Positions 1-7,234 of a stretch of 64,000 nucleotides of DNA are shown one piece after another. Source of the DNA: an uncultured Clostridia bacterium (GTDB lineage Bacteria; Bacillota; Clostridia; Christensenellales; CAG-314); assembly GCA_934230325.1 (NCBI GenBank), contig CAKQEP010000002.1, forward strand, positions 3,797-67,796, in the 5' to 3' direction. A program made the position numbers and the translations under genes. Numbering within the stretch: position 1 is the stretch's first letter; every line of letters begins with the position of its first letter. A model generated the notes under the pieces. The model did no database searches. It saw only the letters and a list, made by a program, of their open reading frames with translations, and had not been told where the DNA came from.

Positions 1-3000
1 AGTATGGCCAAAAGCGTACGCCCCTATCTCCTGCACATTGGGAGAAAGTTCTACTTCTTTTAATGCGTAACAATTGTAAAAAGAATAATTCGCCAACGAC
101 AGTTTCGGAGAAGTCGCATTACCTTCAAAGGTCAGCGACGTCATTCTGTAACAGTTGTAAAATGCGTACGGCTCAATCACTTCCAACCACTCGGGAATCG
201 TCACGGACGTAACGTCGTAATATCCGGCAAATACCCTTTCCCCTATAGTTTTTATGCCGATAGGAATCTTAACGTCCTTGCTCGTGCCTTGCGGTATCCA
301 AACAAGACGCGTTCCTCTGTCGGAGCAAACCATGTTGTCTTTTGCCATGTACTCTCCGCTATCGTCGGCAAAGGTTACTTCGCTGATGTAGTAACACGAC
401 GTTATTCTGGTGTAATCAAAATCCGTAAGACGCGACGGCAACACCAACTTTGTCAATTCGGGAATATAATGTATTCCTTTTTCTTCTATTACGAGATTTT
501 CTGCCGTTTCGCCTGCTTTTGCGTCAAGAAATTCTATCTTTGTGATGTTGTAGTTGAAACAAATACTGTATGTGGTTATCGTCGTCACGGTGGACGGTAT
601 AAACAGTTCGTTAAGTTTCACCATGAAAAAGCCTCTGCGACCTATCGAAGTAACTTTCCACGTTGCTTTTTGAACTGCGCTTTCCTCTTCCCCTATCTTG
701 ACGTCAAATGTGGACGGAATTGTGTAAGTAAAAGCCTCGCGAGCAGGTGTGTATCCTTTGAGTTCCGCATACACCGTTTCTCCGTCGGTGGACTGCCCTT
801 TTTTGTGATACAATACGCCGTCGCAAGAAGCGTACATTCTCTCGTGATTGCCTATGGCATAATAAACGTTTATATCCGTCAAATTTGTGCAGGAATAAAA
901 TGCGCTGCCTGCATTATTGATGCCGTTGATTCCCGTTTCTATGTACTGTACCGTGTCGGGTATGTTAACGACTTTCATAGTGGTAACATTGCTAAACGCA
1001 CCGCCTTCTATTATCTCGACAAGTTTGCCGTCGTACATCGACGGTACGGTCACTTCCGACAAATATTTTATGCCGTCGTAATGCCCCGTAATAGAGTAGT
1101 TTCCGTTTGCAAGTTTGTAAAACTCAAATACGTCTACCCATTTTGCCAACAAAGTAGTTTCTTTTGGCGTTGTCCAGTTGTCAATTCCTTTGCCGGTGTA
1201 GTCGGTCAAAAGTTTGCCGTCGACGTCCATCCAACCGGCAAACGCCATTACGTTGTTTTTGTCTTTGGGTACTGGGAAAGCAAAGTTGCTGTCGTAGGTG
1301 ACTTCAACTATATTTTCACCGTCCATAACGCCGCCTTCAAAACTCAAAGTGACGTTGTATTTGTTTGCCGTCCACTGCGCGTAAAGTTTGAGGTCTTGCG
1401 CCGTTTCCAACGTGGTACTGCTATACTCGGTGCCGCCCGTAGTGTCCGACCAGTGACGGAACGTGTAGCCCAACCTTGTTACGTCGGCGGGAAACGCTAT
1501 CTTGTCGCCTACCGCCGCATACGCTTTGGTGTATACTGCGTTAGGTTCGAAGTTGGTGTACATAACTATTTCGTATGCTTTTACCGTTATCTTTTCCGAA
1601 CCCATCTTTGTGGCTTTGTTGTAGTAAACGACTTCGATTTCGTTTTCCTTTTGGGTGAGCGTTATCTCTTTGCTTATACCGTTGATTTTGCCCATAGATT
1701 TGCCGTTGAGTATAACTTCGTACTCCGTCGCGCCAAATACTATAGCCCACCTTACCGTGTTGTTGCTGTACGTTACTTTGTCTTTTAAAGAGGGTGAGAA
1801 AGTAATAACGTCGCTGTACAACGAGTCGTTTGCGGTGTTGGAAGATACTGCTTTTATGCTGACTTCTACGGCGTCGCCCGTCAATGTAACTTGAGAGAAA
1901 GGTAACGAGTTGGTAGACGTTTCGTATTCCTTATCCCCTATCTTGACTATGTACTTTGTCGCGCCTTCTATTTTTTCCCAAGTCAATGCGTCGCCTTTTA
2001 CTTCAAAGGTTGAGTTTTTGGGAGTCGCTATCTTGGTTTTGGTGTAGACAAACTCTTCCGATTCCGAAGGATTGTAGCCTTTTGCGGTGGCTCTTATTTT
2101 TATCTTGATTTCGCCTGCGGGATATTCCTTTAAAGAACCGATATTACTCAAATCTACGTAATCTCCGCCGTTTATGCTAACGGCGTATGCCTTTGCATGC
2201 TCTACTTTTTCAATAGATATTTCTTCTTTATCGTTTACCGACAACTTGCTAACGGCGTCCAACCTTCTGTTTAAGTTAAACTTTGCAGAAGCAGAAGTAA
2301 GGTATCCTCTCGCCGCCGCTTTGACGGTGAAGTTTATGCCGCTTTCTCTCATCTCGCAATCGCTGAAGTCAAAGTAGGTACGATAACCTATCTCTTGGTC
2401 GGTATATTGAGCAATGTGCTCGTGCGTTTCGTTGCCGCACTCTACCGTGACTATGTAAGTTTCAGCATTACGAACAGGCTCGAACTCAAGCATAAAGTCG
2501 TTTTCTGTGTTTATTTTGAATATGCTTACTCTGTCAAGCGCTTTATTTCTATAATAAGCCGTGCCTTTGGCATTGTTGCTTACTACCACTTCTACTCTGT
2601 ACTCTCCCGCAGGTTTATCTGCAAGATTGTGTCTTGTTTCGTACACTCCGGTAAAAGTGTTGTCCAAAAGTTTATTGTTGTTAGAATCGTAAATAGTTAC
2701 TTTATAACTTACCGAAAGACCTTTGTTTTCCCAACGTACCGTTTCGGAATCGATAGATACTGCGGGCGTTGAGTCCTTAAATACCGCAAACAAGGTAAGG
2801 TTTTGTCCTATTGCTTGGTCGGTATACTGACATGTCAGTTTGGTTGCGTCTTCGTAATCGCTCATCCACCAACCTAAAAACTCTTTGCCGTCTTGAACTG
2901 CTGTGGGTAAATTCTCTATTATTCCCGCTTTGTTGGTAGTCTGCGGCTTTATGGGATTTTTGCTACCTTCAAACGATACGGTGTAAGTAGCAAGTGCGGG

Positions 3001-3543
3001 GTCTACAAACTTGGCGTATATAGTTACGTCGCCTTTGACCGCCACTCCGAATTTGTAAGGAACTTTAAATCCGCCGTCTGCGTACCAGCCCGTGAATATC
3101 TGTCCCGCTTTGGTGGGTTGCGGCGGCTCGGTAAGTACGGCGTTTTCCGCTATGTACTTTGACGGTACGCCCGTTGTTCCTTCCGCTTTGTACGTTACCT
3201 TGTATATCTTTCCTTTTTTACAAACGTAAGTGTTTCCGTCCGCTTTTAAGGTAATAACGCCTTCTGCGTACGTTCCCGTCATTTCCTTACCTTCCAGCGT
3301 AAACGTAAACTCTCCGTTTTTCTTGTTGAAAGTATACGTGCCTGTCTTGTCCCCGCTTATCTCTTTAAGCGTGAACCCTTCCTGCGTCAGTATAAACCCT
3401 TTGGTCATACCGCCGTCTTCGTAGTAGTATTCCGTATACGCTTCGTCGGGTATCTTATACTTTTTGCAACCGACAAATGCCATTACCGACGCTAATACTA
3501 TAAGTACTAACAATACTACCGTCATAAGCCTTTTCTGTTTCAT
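1..3543 (-). CDS. Large cell-surface lipoprotein, partial (C-terminus lies beyond window start)
   Basis: Manual minus-strand translation. ATG at 3543 with GGAGG 8 nt upstream. N-terminus MKQKRLMTVVLLVLIVLASVMAFVGC is a signal peptide plus lipobox Cys. Frame spot-checked open at 3420-3543, 1960-2040, 1320-1520 and 1-100, and in phase with base 1. Listeria-Bacteroides-type repeats (GYTFRHWSD...DLKLYAQW). Fn3-like modules (TWEKIEGATKY). C-terminal BspA-type LRRs (FYNCYALKEVELSPNVQEIGAYAF). Absent from the ORF track because no stop lies in the window. Confidence 0.85.
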   Translation of the reverse strand, partial: MKQKRLMTVVLLVLIVLASVMAFVGCKKYKIPDEAYTEYYYEDGGMTKGFILTQEGFTLKEISGDKTGTYTFNKKNGEFTFTLEGKEMTGTYAEGVITLKADGNTYVCKKGKIYKVTYKAEGTTGVPSKYIAENAVLTEPPQPTKAGQIFTGWYADGGFKVPYKFGVAVKGDVTIYAKFVDPALATYTVSFEGSKNPIKPQTTNKAGIIENLPTAVQDGKEFLGWWMSDYEDATKLTCQYTDQAIGQNLTLFAVFKDSTPAVSIDSETVRWENKGLSVSYKVTIYDSNNNKLLDNTFTGVYETRHNLADKPAGEYRVEVVVSNNAKGTAYYRNKALDRVSIFKINTENDFMLEFEPVRNAETYIVTVECGNETHEHIAQYTDQEIGYRTYFDFSDCEMRESGINFTVKAAARGYLTSASAKFNLNRRLDAVSKLSVNDKEEISIEKVEHAKAYAVSINGGDYVDLSNIGSLKEYPAGEIKIKIRATAKGYNPSESEEFVYTKTKIATPKNSTFEVKGDALTWEKIEGATKYIVKIGDKEYETSTNSLPFSQVTLTGDAVEVSIKAVSSNTANDSLYSDVITFSPSLKDKVTYSNNTVRWAIVFGATEYEVILNGKSMGKINGISKEITLTQKENEIEVVYYNKATKMGSEKITVKAYEIVMYTNFEPNAVYTKAYAAVGDKIAFPADVTRLGYTFRHWSDTTGGTEYSSTTLETAQDLKLYAQWTANKYNVTLSFEGGVMDGENIVEVTYDSNFAFPVPKDKNNVMAFAGWMDVDGKLLTDYTGKGIDNWTTPKETTLLAKWVDVFEFYKLANGNYSITGHYDGIKYLSEVTVPSMYDGKLVEIIEGGAFSNVTTMKVVNIPDTVQYIETGINGINNAGSAFYSCTNLTDINVYYAIGNHERMYASCDGVLYHKKGQSTDGETVYAELKGYTPAREAFTYTIPSTFDVKIGEEESAVQKATWKVTSIGRRGFFMVKLNELFIPSTVTTITTYSICFNYNITKIEFLDAKAGETAENLVIEEKGIHYIPELTKLVLPSRLTDFDYTRITSCYYISEVTFADDSGEYMAKDNMVCSDRGTRLVWIPQGTSKDVKIPIGIKTIGERVFAGYYDVTSVTIPEWLEVIEPYAFYNCYRMTSLTFEGNATSPKLSLANYSFYNCYALKEVELSPNVQEIGAYAFGHT

Positions 3544-3577
3544 CCGATTTACCTCCTTTTGGTAATTCTTTATTTAT

Positions 3578-3649
3578 TACTTTTGCGCTTGTAAATACTT
3601 TTAAACATCTACCAACTTTGTCTATTTGGTATCTACTTTTACGCTTGTA
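3578..3649 (-). promoter_or_regulatory. Pair of 16-nt direct repeats (TACAAGCG[C/T]AAAAGTA on minus strand) upstream of the lipoprotein gene
   Basis: 3578-3593 and 3634-3649 differ at one base, 56 bp apart. The proximal copy overlaps a TTTACA -35-like hexamer. Confidence 0.3.
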
Positions 3650-3685
3650 ACCGTTGTTTTTTTGTTGTTTTTTGCGTACTTTATT

Positions 3686-3988
3686 TTATTCCGAAGTATA
3701 CAAAAAAACCCGCAACAAAAACGATACCACTACCGTTTGTTGCGGATACTTTTTACCTTCAAATCCTCTATGATGTCTTTCCCTATGCTGCGTTTCTTTC
3801 AGGCTTTGCGTCCTACTTAAACCGTAGTATCTTTTTTCACTTTTCCGTTTGCGCCTTTGCTTATCCTTTGACTTTTTACTGCCGTCAAATTTTCCGTATT
3901 TGCATAGGCGCTGTCTTTCGTTTTGTTTTCTCTCCTTTCTTTTTTGATATCTGCCGCGCTGTTCGGTTTTTAAGAGTTTTTGTTTCAC
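3686..3988 (-). CDS. Hypothetical very basic small protein (about 100 aa); may instead be a non-coding transcript
   Basis: Part of track ORF 3686..4021. GTG at 3988 lies 7 nt after a G-run that could act as a Shine-Dalgarno sequence. Extremely K/R/Q/E-rich with no recognisable family. The last ~20 codons are encoded by the terminator hairpin, which argues against real coding. Confidence 0.3.
   Translation of the reverse strand: MKQKLLKTEQRGRYQKRKERKQNERQRLCKYGKFDGSKKSKDKQRRKRKSEKRYYGLSRTQSLKETQHRERHHRGFEGKKYPQQTVVVSFLLRVFLYTSE
3702..3745 (-). terminator. Rho-independent terminator
   Basis: Stem CCGCAACAAA / TTTGTTGCGG (3710-3719 / 3736-3745), followed on the minus strand by a T7 run (3702-3708). 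Confidence 0.7.
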
Positions 3989-3995
3989 CTGATTA

Positions 3996-4004
3996 CCCCC
4001 CCCC
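3996..4004. repeat. C9 (G9 on minus strand) homopolymer
   Basis: Nine consecutive C at 3996-4004, between the 4026-4055 promoter and the GTG at 3988. Confidence 0.95.
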
Positions 4005-4025
4005 GCACAACATTTGTTCACATCA

Positions 4026-4055
4026 ATACTAACATACCGACTTGTTTAATGTCAA
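4026..4055 (-). promoter_or_regulatory. Sigma-70-type promoter TTGACA-18-TAGTAT
   Basis: Minus-strand TTGACA at 4055-4050 and TAGTAT at 4031-4026. Confidence 0.5.
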
Positions 4056-4381
4056 GTGTTTTTTTATTTTTTGTTTTATTACTTATTTTACTCTATTTTG
4101 AAAAATAAATAACATATTTTATGTTTTTTTTGATATTTTAATTACACATAACGCGTTTTTGCGTTATTGCGTTTTTTGCGCCAAAAATTGCTTTTTTGCC
4201 CTTTTCCGCACGGTAATTATGCTACAATTTTTTTATATTTGATGTTTTTTTGCATTTTTTTATTAAATTGCCATTTTTCTTTTGCTATAATAATCTACAA
4301 TTGTATATAATTTTATCGATACGTCAAACAAATACAACTATCCAAAAAACGGGTTTGCTACAATTTTCGGAGGAGTCAAAA

Positions 4382-5179
4382 ATGGACGGAATTACAAAAA
4401 AAGTTGCTATCGTAACGGGCGCGACTGCGGGCATAGGCTTGGCAACGGCAAAAATATTGACAAAAAAAGGTTGGACGGTTTACGGAACGGGGCGCAGAAA
4501 TTTTGACTCGGACGATTTTAGATACGTTTGTCTTGACGTAAACGATAGCGACGGAATGAAAAATTTTTTGCAGACCGTTTTTAACGAGCATGGAAGAATA
4601 GACCTTGTAGTGAATAATGCGGGTTTTGGCATTGCCGGCGCGATAGAAGACGCTACGGTTGAAAACATTAAAGCCATTACGGACACAAACCTTGTGGCGG
4701 TGGCGGTGACTTGCAAACACGCTATCCCGTTTTTAAAGCACACAAAGGGCAAAATAATTAACGTATCGAGTATCGGCGGATTGATTCCTCTCCCTTATCA
4801 GGCTATGTATTCCGCAACCAAAAGCGCGGTTGAAGTTTTTTCTCGCGCGCTCGCAACGGAAGTCAAACCTTTTGGAATGACCGTCACGGCGGTACTTCCC
4901 GGTGACACAAAGACGGATTTTGGCAAAGCAAGGGTGACGGATAGCGACCCCGACAGCGGAAATCAACAAAAAATGCAACGGTTTGTCGGCAAAATGGAGC
5001 GTGACGAAAACAACGGCGTATCCCCCGACGTCGTAGCAAAGGCAATATGCAAGGCGGCAGAAAAAAAGCGCAGTCCTTTGCGCGTCTGTATCGGCTTTGG
5101 AGGAAAAACGATAGCGTTTTTGACGCGGTTTCTTTCCGTCAAAACGATAAACTCCACAGTAAACAAAATTTACAAGTAG
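4382..5179 (+). CDS. Classical short-chain dehydrogenase/reductase (SDR)
   Basis: ATG 4382 with GGAGG 8 nt upstream; the track ORF 4250.. is an upstream extension. Motifs TGATAGIG, NNAG and YSATK (YxxxK). Confidence 0.9.
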   Translation: MDGITKKVAIVTGATAGIGLATAKILTKKGWTVYGTGRRNFDSDDFRYVCLDVNDSDGMKNFLQTVFNEHGRIDLVVNNAGFGIAGAIEDATVENIKAITDTNLVAVAVTCKHAIPFLKHTKGKIINVSSIGGLIPLPYQAMYSATKSAVEVFSRALATEVKPFGMTVTAVLPGDTKTDFGKARVTDSDPDSGNQQKMQRFVGKMERDENNGVSPDVVAKAICKAAEKKRSPLRVCIGFGGKTIAFLTRFLSVKTINSTVNKIYK

Positions 5180-5208
5180 TTTTGCTTTTGTCGATAGTCA
5201 AAACATTT

Positions 5209-5217
5209 CCCCCCCCC
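5209..5217. repeat. C9 homopolymer in the SDR / oxoamine-synthase intergenic region
   Basis: Nine consecutive C at 5209-5217, ending 32 nt upstream of ATG 5249. Confidence 0.95.
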
Positions 5218-5248
5218 ATTATCTACGCAACCTAATCAGGAGATTTAA

Positions 5249-6433
5249 ATGGATATTTTTGCAAAAACGGAAAAACAACAGGTATACGACTTGCTCAAAC
5301 AAAACGATTGCTATCCGTATTTTCACAGTTTAAACAGCAGACAAGACACGGTAGTTGACATGGAGGGCGAACGCACTCTTATGATAGGCTCCAACAATTA
5401 TCTCGGATTGACTAGCCACCCCGACGTCGTTTCTGCAGGCGTGAAAGCCTTAAAAGAGTACGGCAGCGGTTGCTCAGGCTCTCGATTTTTAAACGGAACG
5501 CTCAGGCTTCATTTGCAGTTGGAGCAAGATTTGGCGGATTTTTTGGAAAAACAAGCCGCTATGACTTTTAGCACGGGGTTTCAAAGCAATCTCGGCATAA
5601 TAAGCGCGCTTGTAGGGCGCAACGATTACGTTTTGTGCGATAAGGAAAATCACGCAAGCATTTACGACGCGTGCAGATTGAGTTTTGGAAAAATGCTCAG
5701 ATACAATCACGGAGATATGGAGCATCTGGAAAACCTACTCAAAACCATACCCGACACGTGCGGCTGTCTTATCGTCACCGACGGCGTGTTTAGTATGAGC
5801 GGAGAAATTTGTAAACTTCCGCAGATAGTAGACCTTGCAAAAAAGTACGGCGCGCGCGTAATGGTGGACGACGCTCACGGGTTGGGCGTTTTGGGCGAGC
5901 GCGGCAAAGGTACTGCGGAATACTTTGGACTCACGGAAGAAGTCGACGTCATTATGGGAACTTTCAGCAAATCGCTGGCAAGCTTGGGCGGATATATGGC
6001 AAGTACATCAAGGGCGGTGGAATACGTAAAACATAATTCTCGCCCGTACATTTTTTCCGCAAGTATGACGCCTGCTTCCGCCGCTTGCGCGCTTAAAGCG
6101 CTCGAAATATTAAAAAACGAACCGCAAAGAGTAAAAAACCTTTTTGACGTCGCAAACTATATGCGCAACGCCCTTAAAAAACGCGGCATTGCCATTATCG
6201 ACAGCGCAACGCCTATCATACCCATATATGTGTACGACGACCTAAAAGCCTTTGAAGCGTGCAAACTCTTGTTGCAAAAGGGCGTGTACGTAAATCCCGT
6301 CGTGTCCCCCGCCACACCGCCTAATATGGCGTTGCTCCGCACGAGTTATACCGCAACTCATACTTTTGAACAAATGGAAGACGCGGCGGAAAAAATCAAC
6401 GACGTTTTGTCCGTTTTGGGCGTAAAAAAATAA
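5249..6433 (+). CDS. Alpha-oxoamine synthase family PLP enzyme, serine-palmitoyltransferase-like
   Basis: AGGAG RBS. Motifs GSNNYLGL, GSGCSGSRFLNGT, HASIYD, GTFSKS (PLP Lys), RPYIFSAS and YVNPVVSPATP resemble bacterial SPT more than KBL (GTLGKA) or BioF. Confidence 0.85.
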   Translation: MDIFAKTEKQQVYDLLKQNDCYPYFHSLNSRQDTVVDMEGERTLMIGSNNYLGLTSHPDVVSAGVKALKEYGSGCSGSRFLNGTLRLHLQLEQDLADFLEKQAAMTFSTGFQSNLGIISALVGRNDYVLCDKENHASIYDACRLSFGKMLRYNHGDMEHLENLLKTIPDTCGCLIVTDGVFSMSGEICKLPQIVDLAKKYGARVMVDDAHGLGVLGERGKGTAEYFGLTEEVDVIMGTFSKSLASLGGYMASTSRAVEYVKHNSRPYIFSASMTPASAACALKALEILKNEPQRVKNLFDVANYMRNALKKRGIAIIDSATPIIPIYVYDDLKAFEACKLLLQKGVYVNPVVSPATPPNMALLRTSYTATHTFEQMEDAAEKINDVLSVLGVKK

Positions 6434-6455
6434 AAGCATTTGTTAGCCACAACAA

Positions 6456-6484
6456 TTGACACGCCGTCAAAATAGTTGTAGAAT
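6456..6484 (+). promoter_or_regulatory. Promoter TTGACA-17-TAGAAT
   Basis: TTGACA 6456-6461 and TAGAAT 6479-6484, upstream of the PRT gene. Confidence 0.6.
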
Positions 6485-6520
6485 ACTGTACGGATAAATA
6501 TTACCTCACGGAGGACAAAA

Positions 6521-7063
6521 ATGAACGATAAAGTTTTAAATCTGGACATTAAAGGCTACGAGGCACAACTGCCGATACTTCCGCTACCGAGCGGCGTCAA
6601 TATCGCCTTTTTTAATTTGCACGGCAACACATTGCTCACAAAGCACTGCGCAAAACAACTTGCAAAACTTATGGACGGGTGCGAAGTTCTGCTCACTGCC
6701 GAGTCCAAAGGACTTCAGCTCACTCACTGCATTGCCGACGAGATGAACATGCCCTATTACGCCGTTGCACGCAAGTCCAAAAAACTTTACATGCAAGACG
6801 GCGTAGACGTGCCTATAGACTCCTCCATCACCACCGGTAAAGAACAACACATGTATCTCTCCCGACACGACGCAGAATTGCTTAAAGGCAAAAAAGTCGG
6901 TATTATCGATGACGTGGTAAGTACCGGCGCAAGTCTTAAAGGGTTGGAAGAACTTGTCAAACTTGCAGGCGGAATAATTTATAAAAAAGGTTTTGTCCTT
7001 GCAGAAGGCGCTGCCGCCGACAGAAAAGATATACTTTATCTTGCGGCTATCCCTCTCCTTTAA
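6521..7063 (+). CDS. Type I phosphoribosyltransferase (Apt/Xpt-like)
   Basis: PRPP-binding motif VGIIDDVVSTGAS. GGAGG RBS. Confidence 0.8.
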   Translation: MNDKVLNLDIKGYEAQLPILPLPSGVNIAFFNLHGNTLLTKHCAKQLAKLMDGCEVLLTAESKGLQLTHCIADEMNMPYYAVARKSKKLYMQDGVDVPIDSSITTGKEQHMYLSRHDAELLKGKKVGIIDDVVSTGASLKGLEELVKLAGGIIYKKGFVLAEGAAADRKDILYLAAIPLL

Positions 7064-7081
7064 TACAAAACGACGTCAAAA

Positions 7082-7109
7082 GCGTTGCGATAATCGCAAC
7101 GCTTTTTTT
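7082..7109 (+). terminator. Rho-independent terminator
   Basis: GCGTTGCG-ATAAT-CGCAACGC followed by T7. Confidence 0.8.
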
Positions 7110-7163
7110 ATCAGGTTTTTTGTTTGGTTCAGTCGTTTTTTTAGTTAAAATTTTTCCGCTAAA

Positions 7164-7204
7164 ATACGACAAGCGACGCTTTTGTTTTGCATCGCTTGTC
7201 GTAT
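7164..7204 (-). terminator. Hairpin downstream of pyrP (12-bp stem)
   Basis: ATACGACAAGCG / CGCTTGTCGTAT. Short T-run on the minus side and a longer one on the plus side. Confidence 0.45.
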
Positions 7205-7234
7205 TTTTGTTGATACGTATTGTTTTTTTATTGA

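Noticed and set aside
289-1788. 499-aa plus-strand ORF, the longest track ORF at the left end
   Set aside because: Its composition is Phe/Arg/Val/Cys/Tyr-rich and low-complexity with no motifs. It lies antisense to a well-supported repeat/LRR lipoprotein frame, so it is a shadow ORF.
3990-4012. tmRNA-like 5' end (GGGGGGGG TAATCAG on the minus strand)
   Set aside because: There is no tRNA-like 3' end, no tag reading frame and no pseudoknot pattern downstream.
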